A stretch of 64,000 nt of DNA from Lophium mytilinum (taxonomy: Eukaryota), in assembly GCA_010093605.1 (NCBI GenBank), contig MU004183.1:1922001-1986000 (forward strand). Direction: 5' to 3'. The position numbers and the translations under genes were made by a program. Below, one piece after another: positions 36,798 through 48,177 of the stretch. Under the pieces are notes generated by a model. It did no database searches. It had not been told where the DNA came from and was given only the letters and a program-made list of their open reading frames with translations. Within the stretch, counting starts at the first letter, position 1, and the number at the start of each line of letters is the position of its first letter.

Positions 36798-39700
36798 ATG
36801 GCGGGCCGGGAGGCGGACAAGAGAAACAAGGTTCCATGCAGATACATCAACACGCCCGAAGGCTGTCACCGCAAGCCATGTCCCTATTCCCACGACCCGG
36901 ACATCATTGCCAACGCAAAGAAGAAGTTGTGCAACTTCTTCCTGAAGCCGGGCGGCTGCAACAATGGAGATTCGTGTGCCTTCTCCCATGACCTGAACGA
37001 CACCGTGCGACAGCCTCACGCCGACCCCCTGAACTCAAAGCTGTCTCAGGTGCGCCAAACCAACTGGCGCCAAGCCAGCAACACGTCTACACGGGGAGTC
37101 CTGACTACTTCTACAAATGGCGTGACACCGATACCGCCATCGGACGGTCAGCCAAACCACAAACCTCCGCTATCAGCACTTGAGACAAAGTTCCGGGAAT
37201 GGCGGTACTCCACACTAGAAAGATCACTCCGCCGCCCCCTCGGAGGGTCTATTTCACGGTTCTTTCAGGATTCCCTCAACCTGGTCAGCGGAGACGTAGC
37301 TATATTGCAAGAAACTGTCACTTGTCTAGGCTCTAATGGAGGACTTCAACGCATCACAGAGCTTCTTGCCGTTGATTTAGATGGAAGCAACGAGCACGTC
37401 ATACAAGTCTTTATGTCACGTATCTTGCCCTTCTTCCAAGCCATAACACACCCCAATGTAGTAGCCTCGGGCCTTCTGGAGACTCCTGTGTATAACATCT
37501 ATAACGCGATATTTGGCCCATTTGGGCAAAGAACGGTGAAGGTTTTCAGCTCTCTAGCGAACATATTCGACCTGCTATCAATCGAGGCTTTGGAGGCGAC
37601 ATCGGCCGTATTAGTCAAGACCGTCGACCTCAATGGGGCGGCACCAATCACGGAAGGTCTCAGTCCAGTCGTTGAAGTTCTCGCAGCTGCTTTGTTCTCG
37701 TACGGTGGGAGCCACGACGAGCGTGTTCTCCGCTCGCAGAAGAATGTTGAACGCCTAAAACGCCGGCTCGGCATTGGATCTTCAATTCCCACAGCTCAAC
37801 AGCCAATACCCGACAAGCGCAAGGCGACTTTTGATATTATACGCGATCCTCCTGGCTGGCTCTCGGGAAAAGGCCGTAGACACAACAACGACTCCGAGAA
37901 TATTCGAGATATCAGTATCTTGCCCACATCCGAAGAAATACTAAGCTCAAGGCTGGAGTATCTTCCTCCAATGGATCCATCTGAGCTACACCTTCCTGGC
38001 GTAGAAGGCTTGCTCGACCGTCATTTTCGACTCTTGCGTGAGGATACTATCGGCCAACTTCGAGATGCGATCAGGATCGAGCTACAACGGCTTCAAAATC
38101 CAACGGAAACGCAGCACAATGGACCAACAGGCCACCAGGGCGTCCGAACGCACTCTTATCCACAATTGCAGCTATCAGGTCTCAGATGCGACCAGCACAA
38201 TGGTCTAGAATTTATTGTCTACTTCAAGCAACCAAAGCAACTAGAGAAGCTGTCTGAGAAGGAACGACGTGAATGGTGGGAGCGCTCCAGGCGCCTTCAA
38301 AAAGATACTCTCGTCTGCATCGTAGATGCGAGCGGGTCCGCCATCTTTTGTATGATCGCAGATAGCTCTCAGCGCGACATGCAGCATGATGCTACTTCGT
38401 CAGAGGCGCAGAAACAGCACAAAAAACTTACGGTGCAGCCTCCTCCAGAGACCTTAGCACGTCACCCTGAATGGGCCTCTGTGACTATGCGTCCGGTCAA
38501 TACCGACGATGCCAGCACCAAGACACTTCTTTGGCGTTTTGCCGACTCCGGTGGAGGGCGCAATAGGTCACACGACCTACTGGTAGAATTTCCTGGAGTT
38601 CTTCTACCCTCCTTCCAGCCGACCCTAAAAGCACTTCAGACTATGAGCGAGTCCGCAGATCTTCCTTTTGCAGAAATCCTTCCGCCTAACACAGGAGGCA
38701 CACTCGAAGTTCCTCCTCCTGTGTACGCCCAACAGGCCGGCCACTATTTCGAACTCGACTGCATCTTGAAAGATGGACAGACATTGAGACTCTATCCCGG
38801 AGCCGCTTTTGATATCAACGCCTTACGAAGTGGATCCACACTTGACGAAGCCCAAGCAGATGCTTTAGTCGCAGCCTTGTCAAGACGGCTTGCTGCTATC
38901 CAAGGCCCTCCTGGGACTGGTAAGAGTTACACTGGTGTTTCTCTTATCAAGGTTCTCCTCGCCAACAAAATTAGAGCCAAACTAGGACCGATACTTCTGA
39001 TTACGTATACGAATCACGCCCTTGACCAAATTATGGAACATCTCAATGAGCATGGAGTAACGCAGATGATTCGCATGGGATCACGGTCTAAATCTGAGGT
39101 CCTCATCCCTCTCAATTTGCGCAATGTCGCTTCAAAAATGGAAAAGACAAAGGAAGAGAAAAGACAAACTTGGAACATCATTAGCCACTTGAAGGACGAT
39201 ATTCGCGATATCGACAATATCATTCAAAAGATTTCAAAAGTCGGAACGCCGAGGGGACTAGAGGAGTACCTAAAATCCAATCATCCTCAACATTACACTG
39301 CGTTCTTCGGGAGAGACGGGGAAGGCCACAAAGATCAAAACGGTTTTCAAGAGGTCCATCATGATCGAAGTCGTATTATTCCGGATTGGCTGAGCGGGAG
39401 ACGCGCGTTCAATTTGGCAGATTACGCAAAACTTCCAAACCCGAGTTCTCGAACTTTGATAAGTGCCCAGACGCTGCAACATAAGCCGTTGCTATTGATG
39501 ACACTACAAGAACGCCAGGCAACACACGAATATTGGCTTCGGGACGCCCGAGAAAGCCTTGAAATCAATTTTCTCTCTGCAGTAGAGCTCTACAACGAAC
39601 ACAAGAAAGAACATGATCGAATACGCAACGAATTAGATCTGAGCTGCCTTCAGCAAGCGAATGTAATCGGTGTCACCACTTCAGGCCTAGCTCGAAACAT

Positions 39701-42700
39701 CGATCTACTACGAAGACTGCAAGCAAAAGTCTTAGTATGCGAGGAAGCTGGTGAGGTGCTGGAAGCTCATGTTCTCACAGCCTTGCTTCCTTCCGTGCAA
39801 CACGCCATCCTGATTGGAGATCATCTACAACTCAGACCACAGATCCAAAATTATGAGTTGCAACATGACAATCCGCGCGGTGAGCAGTACTCTCTGGATG
39901 TCTCACTTTTCGAGCGTTTGGTCCAGCCATGGATATCGTCAACTCCCCGCCTGCCCTTTAGCACACTGGAAACTCAGCGACGCATGCATCCCTCCATAGC
40001 TCAACTCATTCGCGAGCCTCTCTATCCATTGCTCAAAGACGCTGAACTCGTGAAGGCCTACCCAGATGTTGCTGGGTTGAAGCGGAGATTGTATTGGCTC
40101 GACCACGATCATTCTGAAGCTGGTTCAGATGCAAATGATATCGTGTCAACATCTCACTCCAACGATTTCGAGGTCGAAATGACCGCATCTTTGGTCTCGC
40201 ACCTGGTTCGCCAAGGAGCGTACCAGGCCAACGATATCGCCGTTTTGACCCCCTACTTAGGCCAACTCATGAAAATAAGACGAAAACGTGCTAGCAGGTT
40301 CGAGGTTACCTTGGGTGAACGCGATGTGGATGAAATTGAAAGAGCAGGAATCTCGATGGATCAGGGTGAACGACCTACCATGGTCAAAACCACTCTTTTG
40401 AATACTCTGAAGGTGGCCACTATCGACAACTTCCAGGGCGAAGAGGCCAAAGTTGTAGTGATATCCCTCGTTCGATGCAACCCTCAAAACAAGTGCGGCT
40501 TCCTAAGGACTTCGAATCGCATAAACGTTCTGCTCTCGCGTGCCAAACACGGCATGTATATCATCGGCAACTCGCGCACCTCTTCGCACGTGCCAATGTG
40601 GTCAGACGTCATCTCAATACTTCAACGGGACGGAAATATTGGACCTATGTTAGAACTCTGTTGCCCACGCCATCAAGACACTCCCATCCGCGTCTCTTCA
40701 CCGGACGAGTTCGTCCGATTCTCTCCTGAGGGCGGTTGCGACATGAAATGCTCTCAGAGACTTTCGTGTGGACACGCCTGCCTTCAACGATGTCATTCCG
40801 CAGTTCTGCACGACGCAGTGAAGTGTTTGGAAGCTTGTACTCGGACAAAGCCAGGCTGCGAGCATCTATGCCCACTACCGTGTGGCGAGAACTGTCACGA
40901 TCGATGCCAGATTATGCTCCAAGATGTCAACGTCTTTCTTGGTTGTGGTCATAGGGTTACATCACTTCCATGTTGGCAGGCTCAGGATCCAAGTAAGATA
41001 CTCTGCACTGTCGAAGTTGAACGTAACGTTGAAGCTTGTGGTCATACGGTCAAAGTCAAGTGTCACCAGGACGTGAAGAATGCCGAGTTCCAGTGCCAGG
41101 CTCCCTGTGGCGGCGACCAGAACTGTGGACACGCTTGCAAAAAGCCATGTTACTACTGCAAAGCAAATGATGGCGACAACGGACACGGACTATGCACTCA
41201 ACCCTGCCATCGAGATTACGAGACTTGCAATCACCGATGCCAAACACCTTGTCATGGCCAGGAGCCTTGCTCGCTTTGCGACCATCCGTGCGATGTTCGT
41301 TGCAGTCATTCAAAATGCTCCAACATCTGTTCTGAGCCATGCGCTCCGTGCGCGGAACCTAGCTGTGCCTCTTGCTGTCCGCATAGCCATTGCTCTATGC
41401 CCTGCGCGGCCCCTTGCGACTGGCTTCCTTGCTCAAAGCGATGCGAGAAGACCATGGCGTGCGGGCATCAATGTGAGTGGAAACGAAACTTCCGAACGCT
41501 TCATTATATTCAGATTGCTAATTAAACGTTGTTAGGTCCCTCAGTATGTGGTGAACACTGCCCCGAAGTCAGGTACTGTCAGATCTGCGCAACAGATGAC
41601 ATCAAGAACCAGATCGTGGACTTCATCGAAATGCAAACTTACTCCGAGATTGACCTCCACGAGGATCCTTGCATCTTTCCTCAATGCAAGCATATCCTCA
41701 CCTTGAGCAGCATGGATGGAAGAATGGACTTGGCAGCCAGCTACAAACTTGGATGGAAACGGACTCCCGCTAAGCATTAAGTCATCGGAGCCTTTCTCAG
41801 ACCAACTCAAGAAGGTTCCAACTTGCCCTTCTTGTAGGGGCTCTCTACGCGACGTCTGTCGGTATGGCCGCATCGTGCGTCGTGCTCTTCTAGACGAAGG
41901 AACCAAACGATTTGCGTCATGGGCCCAAGCCACGTATATTCCGCTCGCAGAGGAATTCCACGCCGCCGAACAATCTTTGATTTTCTCGGAGAAGCTCTTT
42001 GAAGAAGCAACAACCCTCCTTGACAGATCCTTGAAGTCCTTGGAAGGCAAACGAGGGGTACAGATTAAGAACATTTGGAACGCCACTAGATCTTCAACCC
42101 GGTACGCCAAGTTCAAGACACTCCGACCCCAGCTCCTCAAGTACCTCCAAAAGGTTCGGAAAGACGAGACCCCCGTGGAGAAAGTATGGCAAATGGTGGA
42201 GGCAGCCCGCCGACGTCAAGGCAAAACTGTCCGAGAGATTGGCTTGGATAGCCAGGTTTCGCTGACTACTTTCCACATCATGGCCGATAGCCTGCTCTTG
42301 CGATGTGATATTGCCATCGTGGCCGACTTTCTCGACCAACTAGCTCAAGACCCAGCACGTTTTGTAGATGCCACGTTTTCGGTGCATCTGAAATTCAATA
42401 GGGAGGACTGTGTCCAGCTTATCGAAGCTTCTAAGACTGTAAGTAGAGTTCCGACGGTACGATGAGGCTCCGTTAGTTCCATTCATCTTATCCTTGCTTT
42501 ACGTTTCATACAGATTAGCTGCTAATATGAAACTCCAACAGGCCAGAGATTTCGAACGCGAAATAGAAGGCCATATATTCTATGCCCATTACTGCGCCCT
42601 CGAACGATCGCGTTGCCCGTCACCTGCCAGGTCGGAAGTTCTCAAACTAGACGGCGAAGCCCACATCGAACAAGCCCATGCCCTCTGCAAGCTCCATGGA

Positions 42701-43021
42701 GGCTCGCCAAAAGTTGCCGCTCTCGTCCCGGAAGTGAAGGCAGTCGAAGTGGCACTAAACGGAGGCACCTTCATTTCTACGGTCTCACCCGAGGAGCGCC
42801 TTGCCATACTCGCTGCAATGAAAAAGGAGTTCTCAGGCACGGGCCACTGGTACACTTGTATCAACGGCCACCCCTTTACTGTTGGTGAATGCGGCATGCC
42901 TATGGAAACGGCAAGATGTCCGACGTGTGGCGAGACCATAGGCGGACGTAACCACGAGGCTGTAGAAGGCGTGAGTAGAGCGGAGGAGCTCGAGATGGAG
43001 TTTGCACGGTTGAGTGTGTAG
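36798..43021 (+). CDS. ZNFX1: ZNFX1/NFX1-type zinc-finger SF1 (Upf1-like) helicase with N-terminal CCCH fingers, NF-X1 repeats, a RING-like domain and a C-terminal RZ finger; contains one +1 frameshift near 41748
   Basis: Two CCCH fingers (CRYINTPEGCHRKPCPYSH; CNFFLKPGGCNNGDSCAFSH). Family blocks RHNNDSENIRDISILPT and LLDRHFRLLRED. Helicase motifs QGPPGTGKS, TNHALD, EEAGE, IGDHLQLRP, QRRMHPSI, TIDNFQGEE, NRINVLLSRAKHG. CGH repeats. RZ finger GHWYTCINGHPFTVGECGMPMETARCPTCGETIGGRNH. Introns 41473-41535 and 42439-42541. Confidence 0.92.
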
Positions 43022-43090
43022 GGTTGGCCAGCACCGCTTGGGGTGCCCTGGGGAGGTCAATGTAGGTTAGCTGATAGCTTTTGCACTATT

Positions 43091-43839
43091 CGGCGGGAAT
43101 TTCTTTTATCATTCGGCTAGCTATGTTCAGATGCCGCGCAGCGGCATCTAAACTAATACAGGATAGGCTAGTATGCATAAATCTGCTATATCTGCTAAAT
43201 ACTAGAATCCCCTATATACAGCGCACCTGGGGACTTGCTTCTATTACGATTAATGCCCTAGGCCGATACTCTAGGGCAAAGCCGGTCCTCTATTACTATT
43301 TCAGATTACCTAGGAAAGTTAATTAGCAAGAAAGACCGCCCTATAAAGTCCATCAGCTTAATAGCAGTCTAAAATTCTAGGAGTCTTATACTGGCTTACT
43401 ATGCCTATGTGTATTCTTAGTGTTGTAATAGTGCGGTATTTATAATATATTTATAGCTCTTAAGATAGTAAATCTTATATAGCCTAGTCTAGCCCTTCTT
43501 CTTATACCTAAGAATTCAAGATTAAATCTGCCGGGCTATCTTAAGGCAGTATTAGGCGTTTTTAAGGCGGCGCTTCTTAATTATTGTATTAGAAGATTAA
43601 TTAAGTAACGCGGTGCAAATTTGGTCTATTAAAGTCAAGTACCGGTTATACTTTACTTACTTGCTTGCATGCTATTACGTTGTTATTAAATACGCTTGAT
43701 CGGTTAGCGTATAGGTGAAGGCGGTCCAGAAGTACTTTTCTTAGGCTTAATAAAATTGTGGCTACGTCTCTATATTGGCCCTACAGAGTAGGTTTCCAGA
43801 CAACACTACGAGGAGATGCAGAGGCCGATTTCGTTGTCT
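43091..43839. other. AT-shifted, RIP-like degenerate segment flanked by a 17-bp direct repeat
   Basis: Excess of TA/TAG/CTA and loss of long ORFs. ATAGCTTTTGCACTATT occurs at 43074-43090 and 43840-43856. Confidence 0.55.
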
Positions 43840-44182
43840 ATAGCTTTTGCACTATTGTGAGAAGTTGTTGAAGGGCCTCGGACGGCTGCAACCTGGTGTA
43901 GGCAGATGATAAATGTTATTTAATTTGGCTTAAGCGAAATGTCTACTTCATTAAGTGTAAGGTCTTTTGTATACATGAAGCTAAACTACAGATGGGAAAG
44001 TATAGAAGGCTTAATGAAGAGGGTAGATTGAAGGTACAAAATCCTAGTTTCTGCAGTCTCCCCTTCACTAATTTTGTACTGTGTAGAGGCATAATGCCTC
44101 ATTAGAAACTCGGATAAAATGTGAAGATTTTACCAGCCTGTTTCTCTTCTATGATCGTCCTGACCTGAAGTATCATTCGCCA

Positions 44183-45112
44183 CTACATATGTGCCTCAGC
44201 CGAGTCTTCGGGACTCCAATGTCGATAGGTTTTTAGCCCTGTGTAGAGGGTTGGCCGCTCACCCCAACTCAGAGAATAGGTCACATGAATGCCACAGGGA
44301 GAGTCGATGCATGATTCCCCCGCCTTACAATGCACAAGTCTGGAAATCTCATGATCTGCTCTATGTGGTCGAGGTAAGAGCGCATATGCCAAAATCGTCG
44401 GATCGTTAACACGTAAATGATGACACGCCGGCAGAGCTATTGCGTTTAAAGCTGCCGATATCTTAGCGTGGTAGGCCTTGACTGTAGCTTTGTCTGCCGT
44501 GGCTCCTGTGAGGCTCTCCGGAATCATGGCTAGGAAGTAATGCATTCGGAGGCAGAAGGAGTCTTCGCGGTCCCACGTATCTTGATTGTTGAAGATTGAT
44601 GCACCGCACATCTGCTGGTGGTCACCATCAAACTTAGGGCTGTGATGGCTGCATCTGAATAGTAGATTGGGCAGTCCCGGGAGTAGTCCCGGGATACGCT
44701 TCATCCATAATAGGGCTTTGAGCTCGGGGCGGGTGAAGCTGCGATGTTGACAAAGCCGGACTTCAGGACAGCGGCGTGCGAGCGGGGGAGCCTGTCTTTG
44801 CTCTTCGAGGAAGCAATGGGTAGGATGGCGGGTGCCGCATAAGCTGCACCAGAGTCGTGTAGGTAATGAGCGGCGGAAGAACCCGGTTTCTAGGGCAGAC
44901 ATTTCCGTGTAATTGCACTCGTTCAGTGGGAAAGTCCCTCGTCCGAGGTCGCAAGTTTTTCGCATTTGCTGACATGTTTGGCGAAACGCTATCATGGACA
45001 CTGGTGAGAGGTGGTCGCCGATCTTGATCAGGAGCTCAGGAGGGAGTTGACAAAGACGAGACTCGTTGTAGTTGTGTAGATATGCCTCGTGTTGGCTCAT
45101 TTTGCTAGCCAT
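44183..45112 (-). CDS. F-box domain protein
   Basis: Start MASKMSQHEAY at 45112. F-box signature ESRLCQLPPELLIKIGDHLSPVSMIAFRQTCQQMR, followed by CSLCGTRH..C..LCQH, a Cys/His cluster typical of lineage-expanded fungal F-box proteins. Confidence 0.8.
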   Translation of the reverse strand: MASKMSQHEAYLHNYNESRLCQLPPELLIKIGDHLSPVSMIAFRQTCQQMRKTCDLGRGTFPLNECNYTEMSALETGFFRRSLPTRLWCSLCGTRHPTHCFLEEQRQAPPLARRCPEVRLCQHRSFTRPELKALLWMKRIPGLLPGLPNLLFRCSHHSPKFDGDHQQMCGASIFNNQDTWDREDSFCLRMHYFLAMIPESLTGATADKATVKAYHAKISAALNAIALPACHHLRVNDPTILAYALLPRPHRADHEISRLVHCKAGESCIDSPCGIHVTYSLSWGERPTLYTGLKTYRHWSPEDSAEAHM

Positions 45113-46022
45113 CTTGACTAGTTTTGTGGGTGGGTGCGGTCTCGGAAGTGTCGTATTTTTCGCAGTGTGGGAAGCTTGGTGTGTAGTAGTTTTGAGAGTG
45201 TAGTACCTTTGGAAGTGGAGGTGGTTGTAGTCGTCGTTGGTGGTGGTGGATGAGAAAGTCCGCGGCAAGGAATATTCGAAAGAGAAAAGAAATTGTGTAG
45301 GTGTACATCTGAATTTTCTAGAAGGGGGTCCAAAGCCGTTCTGTGGTCCATGGTTTCCATGGAAGCTATCCATGGTCCAATACGTTCTCGACTGGATAGA
45401 ACTTAAATATCGGCATATTGTCGAAACATCCGCTGTATAACCTCAAAGAGATGTGGCTTAGTTCAAGGAGACTAATTACCTGACATACCCTTTTCATTGA
45501 CTGTGTCTACTCTATTTTGAAAGGATATGGTTCCTCGAAATGCACGTGACCGTGGACCATTCTCAACATTCTCTCAAAAGCGTGTTACCAGCTGTCCGAG
45601 GATCAGTCCTGCCACTGCTGGGAACATGTAATTGCCTGAAGATGAAACATAAGCGAGTCTACCTATTTGCTCATCGTGAGCCCAGCATACATGCCGTGCC
45701 TGATACATGTGTCGGCGAGAGTAGGACGGTTGGTAAGAAGAAGAGGGGTGGATACGCTGATAGCAGTCTGGCATCTCTAGCGCCCGGAATCGGCACATCG
45801 GCACATCATCCACAGGGGAGCCGCACCGGGACGATGATTACGCTGTGATCAAAAGCCTCGAAGCATCCTGGCACCTGGCTTTTACTTTCCCTCTTTTTCT
45901 CCGCCCGAGGTTCTCGCTTCCAGACTGTGCATAGTCTTCTTTAGCCTTTTCTAATTGCGTAAACTTCTTCACGAAACCATTGGACAAGTCTCAACGGCAA
46001 ACATGAATGTACGACCTTCAAG

Positions 46023-47711
46023 ATGACGAATGAAAAGTACACAGATGGGGCGGGGCAAGCCACTGCAACCCCGAGCAGCCACAATGTTTCTCACACTTCA
46101 TCACCACCCTCACATCACAATTCAAGAGAACCACTTCCATTATGGCGCAAACTCTACAACATCGTAACATGGACGCCTCCAAATTGCCGCTGGGACCCAG
46201 AGAAGCCTCCCAAGTTCTCAATGGGCCTAAATGTCCTCTTCGCATTCGCAGGAGCGTTCACAGTCGCAAATCTCTACTACAACCACCCCATTCTCAACAT
46301 CCTAGCTAAAGATTTCGGCGTTGCATACGAAAAGGTCGCTCAGATCCCGACCGTGATGCAGGCAGGTTATGCGGCCGGGCTGCTGTTTCTGTGTCCGCTT
46401 GGGGACTTGTTTCCTCGCCGGCCGTTTGTGCTGATCCTCGTCTTCTTCACAGCGAACATGTGGTAAGTATAAAGCAAAGCAGAATGATCCAAAAACATTG
46501 TACTGATCAATGCCAGGCTTGGACTCTGCATAACCACTAATTTCGCCGTCTTCACCGGAATCTCATTCATCACCGCCATCACCACTGTAACCCCCCAACT
46601 CATGCTCCCGCTCGTGGGCGACCTCGCGCCCCCCAACCGGCGCGCTGCCGCCCTCTCCATCGTCGTGTCCGGCTTCATGCTCGGCATCCTCGTCGCGCGC
46701 GTACTCTCAGGCACCATTTCCAACTTCGTCAGCTGGCGATACGTGTACTGGATGTCCCTCGGTCTGCAATACGCCATCTTCATCCTCCTCTGGCTCTTCA
46801 TGCCCAACTACCCTTCAACCAACCCGGCCGGGCTCAACTACTTCAAAATGCTCTGGAGCATCCTCGTCATGCTGACCAAGCACCCCGTGCTCGTGCAAGC
46901 CTGCATCATCTCCTTCTTCACCGCCTCCACCTTCACAGGCTTCTGGACCACCCTCACCTTCCTCCTCTCCGGCGCGCCCTACCACTACGACCCCGTCGTC
47001 ATCGGCCTCTTCGGCCTCATCGGCATCGCGGCTATGTGCACCGGCCCCGTCTACGCCCACATCGTCACCGACAAGTACGTGCCGCTGATGTCCGTCATCG
47101 TCGGCGAGCTGTGCAGCCTGCTCGGCATCTGTCTCGGCACCTACCTCGGCGCCTTCACGGTCGCGGGGCCCGTGCTCGAGGCGTTTTTGATCGATTTCGG
47201 CATGCAGACCGCGCAGATCGCGAACCGCTCGTCCATCTATGCGATTGAGCCCAAGGGGCGGAATCGTGTGAATACGGCGTTTATGGTAGCGACGTTTTGT
47301 GGGCAGTTGATGGGCACGGCGGCGGGGAACCATATCTATGCGCAGGGCGGGTGGGTGCGTAGTGGGAGTGCGAGTGTGGGGTTTATTGGGGCGGCGTTAG
47401 TGTTTTGTGCGATTCGGGGGCCGTACGAAACGAGGTGGGTGGGGTGGAAGGGGGGTTGGATGCTGCGAAAGAGAGTTGTGGGGAGTGCGGATGGGCATAC
47501 GGCTGAGCAGGAGCGTCATCAGCTGCCGCCGAATGCAGAGGTGGATGTGGAGGTGGGAGCGGAGGAGAAAGTGTTGGAGGAGATGGCTGCGGAGGAGGTG
47601 ACGAGCTCGGGTGATGAGAAGAGGGCGAGTGATGCGGAAAAAGGGGATGATAGGAGTGGAAAAAGTATTTCGCAGGAGAGCTTAGGCGAGATACGGCCAG
47701 CAAAGCTATGA
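46023..47711 (+). CDS. MFS transporter
   Basis: VANLYYNHPIL, QAGYAAGLLFLCPLGD, GILVARVLSG, SWRYVYW and RNRVNTAFM motifs. Intron 46463-46517. Confidence 0.92.
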
Positions 47712-48177
47712 GATTGGATGGTATGGCACGATTTATGATGCATTCGGTGGTACAACTTGCACATCTCCCGCGGATCTGAACTATGGAATAGTAAAATTAG
47801 AGCTGAAAAGTGTACAATGAGACGCAGATACAATACCTGTTCATAGATATGCATCATTAATTTCCTACTACTCATACAGTCTCTCATAAACTTATAGGCG
47901 TTGTGGGAGCACAGTCGGCTGGGGTCGCCCAGCCATTAGGAGTCGTCAGAACGATAAACTTCCGTCTCGGAATTCCGAAACAACTTCGAAGCCCCACACA
48001 CAGTACCAAAAAAGTGTGTCAGCACTATAACATGCTCGAATTGAACAACCACCCTTGAATAGAAAATGATATGATTACACGCTATAACGCGTAAAGTGTG
48101 GGCAGTCTACCTTACCTGCCGTCACACCTCTATTCCACTCACCCAAGACCATTAAACCATAAGCCGCATGAGCTATC

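Noticed and set aside
45113..45373. N-terminal extension of the F-box ORF in the ORF track
   Set aside because: Looks like 5' UTR (CA-rich, low complexity). ATG 45112 in AAGATGG context directly precedes the F-box.
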